Assembly: GCA_965207735.1 (NCBI GenBank)
Contig: OZ242296.1
Coordinates: forward strand, 3,936,001 to 4,000,000
Direction of reading: 5' to 3'
Source: Candidatus Versatilivorator sp.
Lineage (GTDB): Bacteria; Acidobacteriota; Terriglobia; Versatilivoradales; Versatilivoraceae
Length of the DNA stretch: 64,000 nt
Part shown: positions 1 to 9,765 of the stretch, piece by piece
Numbering within the stretch: position 1 is the first letter of the stretch
Layout: each line of letters begins with the position of its first letter
Made by a program: the position numbers and the translations under genes
The notes under the pieces: model-generated
What the model saw: the letters and a program-made list of their open reading frames with translations, nothing else
Databases searched by the model: none
Told to the model about the DNA's origin: nothing

Positions 1-610
1 TCTTGTCCAGAGCCACCAGGCTGGCCTGATCGCCGCCGGGCATCACGATCAGCCGGTCGCCGTCCACCAGAGGCGACTCGCTGATGAGCCACTTGGGATT
101 CTCGCCCTTGAAATCCTTGAGGATGTTGCGGTGCCACAAGGTCTTGCCGTCGCCGGCCTGCAGGCAGGCCAGGTCGCCGTTTTCGGTCAGCACGTAAATG
201 CGGTCCTCGTGGATGGTGGGAGTGCCCCGGGGACCGGGGCCGCGGCCATGGTCCAATCGATCCCCCAGGGACACGGTCCAGAGCGTCCGGCCGCTGCTTT
301 CCTCGAGACAATACAGGGTGCTGTCGTTTTCGCGGGTGCCCTGGACGAAGATCCGGCCTCCCTGGATGGCCACGCTCCCATAGCCCTCTCCCAGGTCGGA
401 AGTGGACCAGACCAGAGCGGGGCCGCCGGCCGGCCACTGCCCAAGCAATCCGGTTTCGGTGGAAAGGCCGGTTCTTTCCGGTCCCCGCCACTGGGGCCAC
501 AGGCCCTCGGGAAAGGAATGGTTCGATTGGGGAAGCTGTACCTGGCTGCAGGAAGCCAAAACAATGACGGTGGCAATCAGTGCTGCGGTCGGGAGCCTCT
601 TGTGGCTCAT
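1..610 (-). CDS. PQQ-like beta-propeller lipoprotein, second copy (5' part; continues off the left edge)
   Basis: Near-identical to 23091-23700 with a few substitutions; ATG at 608-610 and the same RBS region. Confidence 0.85.
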   Translation of the reverse strand, partial: MSHKRLPTAALIATVIVLASCSQVQLPQSNHSFPEGLWPQWRGPERTGLSTETGLLGQWPAGGPALVWSTSDLGEGYGSVAIQGGRIFVQGTRENDSTLYCLEESSGRTLWTVSLGDRLDHGRGPGPRGTPTIHEDRIYVLTENGDLACLQAGDGKTLWHRNILKDFKGENPKWLISESPLVDGDRLIVMPGGDQASLVALDK

Positions 611-629
611 GGCGATTCTCCTTTCGCTC
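1..629 (+). repeat. Direct repeat of 23091-23719, bracketing the defence island
   Basis: Colinear match at offset 23090; identity ends abruptly after GGCGATTCTCCTTTCGCTC. Confidence 0.95.
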
Positions 630-657
630 GGGAGGAAGCAGGGGACGGGAGGAAGCA

Positions 658-773
658 GGGGACGTTGTTGAATTACTGGAATAACTTGTAAAGAGCGCGT
701 AGGTGCCGTTATCGAACAAAGGCAATTCAGGAGCGGCCGATCAAAGTAATTCCAGCAATTCAACAACGTCCCC
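658..773. mobile_element. 116-bp MITE-like element with 30-bp terminal inverted repeats
   Basis: GGGGACGTTGTTGAATTACTGGAATAACTT (658-687) vs AAGTAATTCCAGCAATTCAACAACGTCCCC (744-773), 2 mismatches; preceded by a 17-bp tandem duplication (629-662). Confidence 0.6.
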
Positions 774-785
774 AGCGCTGTACGA

Positions 786-804
786 CGATTATTGCAAAAG
801 GCTC
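786..804. mobile_element. Orphan IS end related to the IS at 6196-7682
   Basis: CGATTATTGCAAAAGGCTC vs IS end CGAATTTTGCAAAAGGCTC (17/19). Confidence 0.55.
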
Positions 805-832
805 CAAGATGAAAGGGTGAGTAGAATTGGAC

Positions 833-875
833 TTGACAATGTCACATAATTTTATTATATAAATGACATTGGAGG
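833..875 (+). promoter_or_regulatory. Sigma70-like promoter with overlapping palindromic operator and RBS
   Basis: TTGACA 833-838, 17-bp spacer, TATATA 856-861; inverted repeat CAATGTCA(837-844)-N19-TGACATTG(864-871); GGAGG 871-875. Confidence 0.7.
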
Positions 876-881
876 ATTCAA

Positions 882-1451
882 ATGAGCGACGGGCCACACA
901 GAAGCCTACCGATGTCGTGGGGCTGGAGGCGGTTCGTGGAGCGCATCTATATCGAAGCGTTCAGTCATGACGAAGAACGCAATGCTCTGGTAACGGCGCT
1001 GGAACAGGATTGGCGCAAAGGGAATATGGAAGGACTAGTCCAGAGAGTTGGTGAGACTCTGCGCGACCGCCAAACCCATTTCTTCTGCGATCAAGGCGCT
1101 GAAAAACTCAAGTTACTTCGAAGAGAAGCAGCTTTGTCCCCACTTCAGTATGCATTTCTCGACTTTTTGGACAACGCTGTGGCCGCAGGGCATTCAGGAG
1201 ATGGTGCAATAATCGAGGCGGCTTATCAGACCCTTTCCGATCTCGCGGCGCGCCGCACACGCCAAGTCGAGGAACACTGTCTACGAAAACTGGGGCAAAG
1301 ACGCGGCACCTATTTCAGACAACGCATCGAAGGCGCAATTAATGAATTGGAAACTGCGGCGCCCGCCCACCGTCTTCTCGGCATCGATCAGAATGAGCCC
1401 CCACTAACGCTTGCAAAGAAGACGGGTCTGGACGACGGAGTGCGCCTCTAA
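882..1451 (+). CDS. Hypothetical helical protein, putative QueC partner/substrate (QatB-like position)
   Basis: 189-aa ORF with good RBS; stop overlaps the queC-like start (TAATG). Confidence 0.8.
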   Translation: MSDGPHRSLPMSWGWRRFVERIYIEAFSHDEERNALVTALEQDWRKGNMEGLVQRVGETLRDRQTHFFCDQGAEKLKLLRREAALSPLQYAFLDFLDNAVAAGHSGDGAIIEAAYQTLSDLAARRTRQVEEHCLRKLGQRRGTYFRQRIEGAINELETAAPAHRLLGIDQNEPPLTLAKKTGLDDGVRL

Positions 1452-2875
1452 TGGAGAATGCAACAGCATTGAACACCACTTTGCCGACACATCGGGTCCA
1501 TGTCGTGGAACAGGGAGCGTCTGCCCGTCGCCATTGGGTCAGCTGCGAGATCGGCGAGAACCTCAAGTTCGACATGGGTGGTCTCCAAAGCTATTGCCTC
1601 GCCAATTGGGATGCACGGGTTTACGACGCGTTTGTCGTTGCTGCGGCGGTGCAGTTTTGCGATCACACGAAGCGTCGACCTTCGGCTGAGTGGGGACGCA
1701 ATTTTGTCTTGCGAATTCCGGTTCATGATCCGGGGCACTGGAAGTCGGCGGATGTCTCGATTCCCCTGCATGACGCCTTGAGGTTGCTCACCTGCGATCA
1801 GTGGCAGATTACCTTCGAGACAAGGAAGACCGCTGCATCGGTTCCCCGCTCCGGTAACTTCAATGTGCCTGACGACACCTCGGTAATCATTCCCTTCAGC
1901 GACGGTCTTGATTCACATGCAGTGGCTGGTCTCATGAAGTTGGAACATGCTTACAACGTGATCCGAGTACGGCTTGGGCAGAAATTGTGGCACGGAAACC
2001 AAAACGGCAGTCGATTGCCGCAATTCACCTCCGTTCCGTACCGTATAGGATATGGCAAGAATCGCGCCGTTGAAATGAGCGGGAGGTCACGTGGTTTCAA
2101 GTTCGCGGTTCTCAGCGGCGTCGCAGCCTATTTGTCGGGAGCCAAAGATGTCTTTATGCCCGAAAGTGGCCAGGGTGCCCTGGGACCGAGTCTTGTTCCG
2201 GTTGGTCAAGAGTACGAAGACTACCGAAATCACCCCTTGTTTACGGATCTAATTGCGACTTTCCTGTCTGCTCTTCTCGGTCATACGGTTCGTTTTGCCT
2301 ATCCCCGTCTCTGGCACACCAAGGCGGAGACCCTTGCCGAATTCGTGGCCAAATGTCCGGAGGACGTACGGAGTTGGGATCAAACCCGGTCCTGCTGGCA
2401 GGGTCAAAGGCATGTGTCGGTGTCCGGAAAGATGCGCCAGTGCGGCACCTGTGCCGCCTGTATGCTCAGGCGCATGAGCGTCCACGCTGCAGGTCTCTCG
2501 GAATGTAAACAATTATATGTCTGGGAGGATCTGACCACGATGCGATATGAAGACGGTGCCGCTCCTACATTTGAAAAAAGAAAGCCGAAAGGCGCCATGT
2601 ATGAGTACGCGATTGCAGGAACGCTTCATCTCGATCATTTGGCAGGTATCCTGCATTCCCGTGCAAACCAGGCCACGCTCTTTCGACAGGTCTTTCTGTT
2701 GAGCAGATCCCTTGGACGTCCTAAAGGGGAAATTCGAGCAAAACTGGAACGGTTGATAAGGAAACACACGGATGAGTGGCAGGGTTTTGTCGAGTCCTTG
2801 GGGTCGGCGTCATTTGTAACTCAGTGGGTTGAAAGGAGAGATAAACATGTCTCGCCCGGAGGTGAATGTCGTTGA
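1451..2875 (+). CDS. QueC-family (7-cyano-7-deazaguanine synthase-like) protein, long QatC-like defence type
   Basis: PP-loop PFSDGLDS; RSRGFKF; NHPLF; TKAE; Zn ligands SCW...CGTCAAC; N-terminal extension (AAAVQFCD...W.R.F.L.IPV.DP..W) typical of QatC-like proteins. Confidence 0.85.
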   Translation: MENATALNTTLPTHRVHVVEQGASARRHWVSCEIGENLKFDMGGLQSYCLANWDARVYDAFVVAAAVQFCDHTKRRPSAEWGRNFVLRIPVHDPGHWKSADVSIPLHDALRLLTCDQWQITFETRKTAASVPRSGNFNVPDDTSVIIPFSDGLDSHAVAGLMKLEHAYNVIRVRLGQKLWHGNQNGSRLPQFTSVPYRIGYGKNRAVEMSGRSRGFKFAVLSGVAAYLSGAKDVFMPESGQGALGPSLVPVGQEYEDYRNHPLFTDLIATFLSALLGHTVRFAYPRLWHTKAETLAEFVAKCPEDVRSWDQTRSCWQGQRHVSVSGKMRQCGTCAACMLRRMSVHAAGLSECKQLYVWEDLTTMRYEDGAAPTFEKRKPKGAMYEYAIAGTLHLDHLAGILHSRANQATLFRQVFLLSRSLGRPKGEIRAKLERLIRKHTDEWQGFVESLGSASFVTQWVERRDKHVSPGGECR

Positions 2876-4025
2876 TGTCGGCCGGCGTTTGCGAATCGCG
2901 CGTGAGGCAGCCGGCATGACCCAGGCGCAGGTGGCCGCCAACATCAATGCGGCCCGCACGACGCTGGTTGCCATAGAGAAAGGTCAGCGCACGGTTCGGT
3001 TTGCTGAACTTCGGCCCTTGGCCCGGCTGTACGGCACGTCGGTCAATGCGCTGCTGCGGCGAGAATCCGTATACACCGATCTCGTGCCTCGATTTCGCAA
3101 GCTCCCTGGCAGCGACGACGAGGCGTCCGCCGAGGCGTGCCGGCTGCTGGCAGACCTCGTTCGAGCCGAAGTGGAACTTGAAAACCTTCTCGGGATCACC
3201 CATCCACGAAACTATCCTCAGGAACGAGTGTTGCTGCCCGGGGACGTGCGCACCCAGGCCGAAAATGACGCGACGGAACTTCGGCAGAAACTCGGGCTGG
3301 GATTGGCGCCGGTCCGAGACCTGATGAGTCTGCTGGAACTCGACCTTGGGATTCGCCTTTACGTTCGGCGGCTTGCTCCTCAGGTGTCTGGACTGTTCGC
3401 TTTTGATGAGCAGGTTGGCGCATGCATGCTGCTGAATGCCAGCCATCCGCGCGGACGGAGGATGCAGACCGCGGCGCATGAGCTCGGTCACCTTGTTTCA
3501 AACCGCCGATTCCCGGACGTTCAGTACCGCGATGGAGGTGAGGGCTCACGTGAGGAGAGATACGCGGACGCTTTCGGCCGCGCTTTTCTGACGCCGGCGC
3601 GGACGGTGATGCAGAGATTCAGAGAGGTGACGCAGGGCGCTTTCCAACTGACGCGCCGGCACGTCATTGTGCTCGCTTACACCTTCGGCGTATCGCGTGA
3701 AGCACTGGTTCGGCGGCTTGAAGAACTCAACCTAACGAAAGAGGGCACCTGGGATTGGTTTCAGGCGAACGGTAGCATCACGGACGAACAGGCTCGACAG
3801 GTCCTTGGCGATCTCGAGGGCACGGATAGGGACACAATAGATGCAACGCGGCCCACGACGCTGCGCTTGAGTCTGCTCGCTGCTGAAGCATGGCGGCAAG
3901 AACTGCTCAGCGAGGGACAGCTTGCCCGCCTCTTCCATCTTGACCGTATTCAGTTGCGCGAAATTCTGGATGGAGTGGAAACGGAAGGAGTTGAGGCGGA
4001 TGGTGCGCCAAAACTGCCTGCATGA
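2847..4025 (+). CDS. XRE-family HTH fused to ImmA/IrrE (M78) Zn metallopeptidase
   Basis: N-terminal HTH (LRIAREAAGMTQAQVA...IEKGQR); AHELGH HExxH; ERYADAFG motif; RBS AGGAGAG before ATG 2847. Confidence 0.92.
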   Translation: MSRPEVNVVDVGRRLRIAREAAGMTQAQVAANINAARTTLVAIEKGQRTVRFAELRPLARLYGTSVNALLRRESVYTDLVPRFRKLPGSDDEASAEACRLLADLVRAEVELENLLGITHPRNYPQERVLLPGDVRTQAENDATELRQKLGLGLAPVRDLMSLLELDLGIRLYVRRLAPQVSGLFAFDEQVGACMLLNASHPRGRRMQTAAHELGHLVSNRRFPDVQYRDGGEGSREERYADAFGRAFLTPARTVMQRFREVTQGAFQLTRRHVIVLAYTFGVSREALVRRLEELNLTKEGTWDWFQANGSITDEQARQVLGDLEGTDRDTIDATRPTTLRLSLLAAEAWRQELLSEGQLARLFHLDRIQLREILDGVETEGVEADGAPKLPA

Positions 4026-4626
4026 TCGGACCGTTCCCGTCATCGCAGACACGAGCGTGGTGATTAATCTGAATGCCACCCAATGTGCCGAAACGATTCT
4101 GGCCGCTTTGCCCAATCCATTTCTCGTTGTGTCGGAAGTGGTGCTGGAGCTTGAGAGCGGCCTGCAAACCGGCCGAAACGACGCTGCCGCGCTCAAGGAA
4201 TGGCGTACTTCGGGGCGAGTGCAAATCGTGACGCTTGGGGACACCGGGGCGCAGCATTTCTTCAACCTCGTTTCCGGCCCCGCCGCTCAAACACTTGATG
4301 ATGGGGAAGCCGCAACCATCGCCCATGCCTTGGAAACCAAACCCCCTGCCATCCCCCTTATAGACGAACGCAAGGCAAACCGCATCTGCGCTGACCGATT
4401 CGCTCACCTTGTAACGGGCAGCACCGTTGATCTCTTGGCTCAAGACGATGTTCAGGCAACACTTGGGACCGCCCGGCTCGCCGATGCGGTTTTCGATGCT
4501 CTACTCGGTGGCCGCATGCGAGTTCTACCGCATCACTTGAACTGGGTCGTCAACTTGATTGGCCCGGAGCGTGCGAGACAGAGTGAGTCTTTGCCGAGAT
4601 CCATTCGTTCCGGTTCACCCAATTGA
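4000..4626 (+). CDS. PIN-domain nuclease
   Basis: VIADTSVVINL, SEVVLEL, LDDGEAATIAHA and LIDERKA acidic PIN motifs; start overlaps the end of the peptidase gene. Confidence 0.85.
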   Translation: MVRQNCLHDRTVPVIADTSVVINLNATQCAETILAALPNPFLVVSEVVLELESGLQTGRNDAAALKEWRTSGRVQIVTLGDTGAQHFFNLVSGPAAQTLDDGEAATIAHALETKPPAIPLIDERKANRICADRFAHLVTGSTVDLLAQDDVQATLGTARLADAVFDALLGGRMRVLPHHLNWVVNLIGPERARQSESLPRSIRSGSPN

Positions 4627-5530
4627 TTAGCCGGACAGCGGTCTTATATTCAATGTGGCCGCCGGATAGATGCAATAAAGAAGAAAGAGAGGAAGAGTGA
4701 CTAAAGACACCGCTCCCATCCGCGGACTCGCTACTGTGGCTCTCCTAAAGACGAATTTCGACAAGGGGAAAGACCATCTTGGGATGTTTCTTCCCTTTAT
4801 CGTCGATTCAGTGGCGAATCTTCCACGTGATGACTTTTCTGTCCATGAATTGAAGGAATGCCTCTATGACAGGCATGGGCTTTCTGTTCCACAAGGAACT
4901 CTTCGAGTTCTGATCACCCGAGCGACAAGGAAGGGGTTTATTCGACGTGAAGAGGGTCGGTACTTTAGGCTAACAAAGGTCCGTAAGGTTCCGGACCTCA
5001 AGCCTCAACAGGACTCAGTAATGCGGGAGCATGAGGAGCTTGCAGAGGCCTTTCGAAGTTACGCAGCATCGTGGAAACTCGATTTGAAGACTCATGCTGA
5101 AGCCCTTTCGCTCCTTATATCATTCCTGGCAGAGAACGAAATGGCGGTACTGCTCCATGATGACTCGACAGGGATTGAGACCATTACCCCGCACAGAACA
5201 CAACGCATTGTTGCGAGATTCTTTCGGAAAACTCTCGGTGACAATTCCCGCTTGACTCGAATTCTGGAACAATTAATTCAAGGCTATGTTCTCCAAAACG
5301 CGCTTCTCTTGAAAGATATTAGTCAGGCAAGCAGGCCATTTCAAAACTTGGAAGTCTTTCTTGATTCGAATTGCGTACTGCGCGCGCTTGGTCTAGAGGG
5401 TGGTCCCAACAAGATAGCCACGCGTGAAGCGCTCTCAATCTTGAAGACAATGCATGCTCGGCTGACAGTCTTTCATTCTACCATCGATGAAATTAGACGA
5501 ATTCTAAGCCTTTACGAGCACAGGATAGGC

Positions 5531-6030
5531 CGAGCAAAATCTGCGGCAGTTGGGAATCGGGCTGAAACAGTTTCCCAAGCGACAGAAGCAGTTTACGCTC
5601 ACTGAACGATCCCTGACTCTAAAACTCAAGAGACCCAATGAATCTGAAACGGAACCTCGAATTGTTCACGACGTCGATTGCATCGCGGCTATTCTTACGT
5701 TCCGAAGGGGAATGGAACCAAGAAGCTAGGCACGACAGCAGGTCGTAAGAGCCTTCGTCCAGGAGCACTTGCACAGCATTTTTTCACGAATAACTATTCA
5801 CCAGCAGACGTGCGACAGGCGAGCGCTTTAGTCGAGCAAAATCTGCGGCAGTTGGGAATCGGGCTGAAACAGTTTCCCAAGCGACAGAAGCAGTTTACGC
5901 TCACTGAACGATCCCTGACTCTAAAACTCAAGAGACCCAATGAATCTGAAACGGAACCTCGAATTGTTCACGACGTCGATTGCATCGCGGCTATTCTTAC
6001 GTTCCGAAGGGGAATGGAACCAAGAAGCTA
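5531..6030 (+). repeat. 198-bp non-tandem duplication (5531-5728 = 5833-6030)
   Basis: Identical sequence; upstream copy flanked by TAGGC at 5526-5530 and 5727-5731. Confidence 0.95.
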
Positions 6031-6195
6031 TGATAATGCAGGTGCTGTTTTCTTAACAACGAACAACAGGCTTGTAGCTACAGTAAGCGAGTGGATGACA
6101 GAGGAAGGAGTCGACGGACTCCCACCGATCGTACACCAAATACGCCTGACTAACTTCGCTTGGCTAAAAAAGCCCGCAGCAGCTATTAAGCTAAA

Positions 6196-7682
6196 GAGCC
6201 TTTTGCAAAATTCGGAATCGGGCATGACATTGGGCTGGCAACAGTGATGTTCCGGCGGTGACTACCCAGCTGCAAAGACCCTTTTGAAGGAAAAAGCCCG
6301 AATCTGATGGCCGGATGGCCAGCGGTCGCCGGACGCAGGCACAGCTTACCCTCTCCCGGCCTTGAGGCGGGCGAACCTGCTGTGCGGTTGGGGGTGGCAA
6401 CCCGGTCTTCAGAGCGTCAGGCGCATCAACTGATCCACCGTCAGGGCCAGAATGCCGAACATCAGGTGGCACCTCACCTTGTCGGGGCCGCGAACCCTCA
6501 CCTGCCTCCCGCCAAACTCCTCCTTGAGCCGTCCGTTGACCCGCTCCACCGTCGAGCGTTCCCGGTAGCGCCGCGCCTCGGGAGTCACTTGGCCGATACA
6601 GCGCCGGGCCAGTGCCTCCCGCTTCCGCTCGGCTTTCAAGGTAGCTCTTCGGCGGGGGTTGACGTCAATAATCGGCACATGCCCCAGCTTCTCACTGAAG
6701 GCCCGGATCTCCGGCGCATCGTAGGCGCTGTCCATCAAGTCGTAGAGACTCTCGACCCGCCTTGCCGTCAGCGTCGCCAGCGGAATGGCTGCCTGAGAGT
6801 CATGCACCGAGGCCGAGGTCAGCAGACAACTGACCGGAATCCCGCCGTCAATGGCGTCGAGGTGTAGCTTGTAGCCGGTCCAGCTCTCCTGATGCCCCTT
6901 GGCGTTGCGCTTGACGCCGATGTCGCAGGCCTTGGGCAACTCCTTCAACATTTCCTCCAGCGTCATCGACCCCTGCCGCTCCAGCCGGCTCAACCGCTTG
7001 GGCCGTCGCTCGCCCTTCGGCGGCCGGCCCCGCCGGCGTTTCCGCTTGGCCTCCGGCGCAGCCTTGGCCGCTGGCTTTTCCCGTCCCGCAATCGCCGTCG
7101 AGTCCCTCGACACATGCCCCGCCAAGTGGCCCTTCAGCGTCTCCTCCAGCAATGCCTCGTGCAAACGCCCCGGCAGGTCGCTCTCAGCGAATTCCGCAAA
7201 GGCCCGCGAGAAGGTCGACTCGCTCGGTACCTCCCACGCCCTCTCCCAGCCGCACAGCCGCCGCAGCCTCCCCTCACTCCTCAGCCGCTCCACCAATCCC
7301 CGCGTGGTCGCCACCTCCAGCATCGACTTCGCCAGATAGGCTCGCGCCAGCACTGCCCGATCCTCCAGCGGCCGGCCACGCCAGCCCCGACTGTAAGGCA
7401 GCAACTCCTCCACCCGCACCAACTCCAATACCTGCACCAGCCGCTGGTAACGCTCTCCCAGAGGCCCCAAAACTTCCTCCAGCAGGGGAAACAGCTCTCG
7501 TTGAAACCGGAACCAGTGTCGTGATAGGGTTTCCCTAAGGGGCAAGTTCCACCTCCGTTCATCATGTGGTTCAGACACCTTCATGATACAACAGACAGTG
7601 GTCTTGCCCCTCCTTCCACCTGCCCTCCTTGATCTTTCCCCACGTGAAAATTCCCGCTATCTGCGAATTTTGCAAAAGGCTC
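6196..7682 (-). mobile_element. IS (IS5/IS1182-like DDE element), 1487 bp, copy 1
   Basis: 19-bp IR GAGCCTTTTGCAAAATTCG; TAAA target duplication; same element at 46158-47644. Confidence 0.93.
6409..7584 (-). CDS. DDE transposase
   Basis: PSESTFSR, DST, GYKLHL, DSAYD and R.TVER.N..LK motifs. Confidence 0.93.
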   Translation of the reverse strand: MKVSEPHDERRWNLPLRETLSRHWFRFQRELFPLLEEVLGPLGERYQRLVQVLELVRVEELLPYSRGWRGRPLEDRAVLARAYLAKSMLEVATTRGLVERLRSEGRLRRLCGWERAWEVPSESTFSRAFAEFAESDLPGRLHEALLEETLKGHLAGHVSRDSTAIAGREKPAAKAAPEAKRKRRRGRPPKGERRPKRLSRLERQGSMTLEEMLKELPKACDIGVKRNAKGHQESWTGYKLHLDAIDGGIPVSCLLTSASVHDSQAAIPLATLTARRVESLYDLMDSAYDAPEIRAFSEKLGHVPIIDVNPRRRATLKAERKREALARRCIGQVTPEARRYRERSTVERVNGRLKEEFGGRQVRVRGPDKVRCHLMFGILALTVDQLMRLTL

Positions 7683-7914
7683 TAAAGACAAACGAATTGA
7701 TAGCTCTTTGCACAGCTGCGCTTAAACCACGCCGGGAGATCTGGAATAAGTTCACAAGACATCTACAGCAACTACAAGAACAAGATGAAATCACTTCTGA
7801 CGAAGCCGTCGCTATCTTAGCCTCGAGTTACTTGAACAAGTATCTCTCCGATGCTGAAGACGAGGATGAAACAGACACAGGCTCGATCATTGAGATAATT
7901 GACCGGGTGAAAGG

Positions 7915-8051
7915 GAAATATCGGGCCGATGCTGAAGCCAGGATCCTTGAAGCGAAACGTCAAGCGCATGCAGAGGGCGAGAAATATCGCGCCGATGCGG
8001 AAACCAGAGTCCTTGAAGCGAAACGTCAAGCACATTCAGAAGGTGAGAAAT
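7915..8051 (+). repeat. 66-bp (22-aa) tandem repeat x2 in a coiled-coil region
   Basis: KYRADAEARILEAKRQAHAEGE / KYRADAETRVLEAKRQAHSEGE. Confidence 0.9.
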
Positions 8052-9765
8052 CTCGTCAGCTTGAACTTCAGGTCCAAGGGTTCGTTGGCCGTATAGCGAC
8101 AATGGTTTCCCTGCTCACCATAAGTGTGGTAGGAGTTGCGATCCTAGTAGGTCTAGCCCTCTGCTTGCCGGGACTATTCGACCTATGGCCAGGTCCAAGT
8201 TGGACTGGATGGGTCATGATCGCCGTATTTGGGGTTTTTACGGCATTAAGTTTGTTTCGAGGAACCGCGTTGAAAAATGTATTCCTCAAACTCCAGTCAA
8301 CAATAGCTCAGAGGCTCGCAACGTACATTCACTTGCGGTAATCCTTGGGAAGACGGTTAACGCAAGGCGGCTAGCGTCTACGGGATGCGGAGAGGAATAT
8401 CGTTTTCCGGCGGTCCCCGGTGTCGCTAATGGTCCATACAACACGCCTCAACTAAGTTCCCCCGCACTTTGCCGTCTTTGATAAGGCTCGCTTCCAACTG
8501 GTCGCAGATCGCCATTAGCTCATCCAGTTTGGCGATAATGCGGTGTTGCTCGGCGAGGGGTGGAAGAGGAAACACATAGGCTGCGAGGCCCTTGCCGGTG
8601 AAATGTTTGATACCGGTTCCGGTGAAATACTCGGCCAAACGTCCGTCATCGGCACTCGCCCGGAGCGCCCTCACAAAATAATCGCTAGCTACGAGGTTCA
8701 CAAAACGAACACGATGAATCGCTTTCTGAAAGTAGATATCGGTTTCGCGGGTGTCCCACACCGCCGCTCGACCAGGCTCGCCTCCCTCGCATATCAACAC
8801 ATCGCCGAATCGAAGCGCGAACTCTGGAAGCTCCGAATCTTCGAATCGCATCTCCAGCAGGTTGGATAGATCGAAGTCGAACCATCTCACGTTGATGTTG
8901 CGGAGATATTTGTGAGGCGTTCCTTTGTTTTTGGACTTGTCGAGCATCTTACCGAGGCGGGAGTCAGCTACCGCGCCCACCTTCACCCAAGTCCACGATT
9001 CGGGAAGCTCAAATGAGCCAGTGCGTAGAACAGGAATCTTTTTGCGCTTCAGCAATTGCGACGCCGGCTCATCGTTTGGGTCCTGCGGCACCAGTTTGCC
9101 GCGTACAGCCAAGTTAAGGATGGTCTGGCGCAGGGCCTTGATCTGGTCGGGACGGGTGGTGATCGGACCAAGGCTGTTGACGGCAAAGGTGACATCATGC
9201 CGGAATGTCGCCGGGTCGGGGTCAGGTGCGTTGAGGCGAGCGAGGCTTGCCGTCGCCAGCCGATCCCGCGTCGCCTCCCGGTCAGCCCGCGCTGCCTCCA
9301 GCCGGTCGCAGAGCGCCATCAGTTCTTCGACTTTGGCGACGATGCGGTGTTGTTCGGCAAGGGGTGGGAGCATCACCGGAATTTCTAGCGCTTTGGCTTG
9401 GTTAAGCTTTGACCTCGTTGCACCAACCACTCGCCCTGAGTAATCAAAGACATTCAAATAGTGGACCAAGTACGCGTTGGAAACGAGGACACCGCGAAAG
9501 ACATGGGCATGGTTATTCACCCAAGACGTGCCAGCGATCAGATAGGCTTTAGGCCGTAGGGAATCGAAAAAAGGTACGCCGTCTTCGCCGAGTAGTACAA
9601 GCTCCTCATCGAAAATGTATTCGTCGATCCAACCTTGCTGTTGTGTCGCACCAAAGTATGGAAACAGTTGTGAATGGGACTTCCCCGCAATCCTCCGTTT
9701 GCGCTCAGTTCCGTTTACGGGCTTTCGCATGTAGTCCAAACACACAGCAACCAGTCCGAGTCTAG

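Larger units (their letters stand above)
4697..8341 (+). pseudogene. ~650-aa PIN-like protein with coiled-coil repeats and 2 C-terminal TM helices, disrupted by a 201-bp insertion and an IS
   Basis: Joining 4697-5530, 5732-6195 and 7687-8341 gives one frame of 1953 bp (HRIG|TTAGRK; IKLK|TNEL); VFLDSNC, HDVDC and VFLTTN motifs. Confidence 0.8.

Noticed and set aside
1451-2875. Housekeeping queC, or a complete qatABCD / type IV CBASS / Dpd system
   Set aside because: About twice the size of canonical QueC; no QatA, TatD, CD-NTase, TGT or DpdA in the window
5531-6030. DGR template/variable repeat pair
   Set aside because: Copies are identical with no adenine-specific differences, and no RT is nearby
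7583-8341. Stand-alone 252-aa gene
   Set aside because: The first ~33 codons are IS sequence; the rest is the C-terminus of the gene starting at 4697
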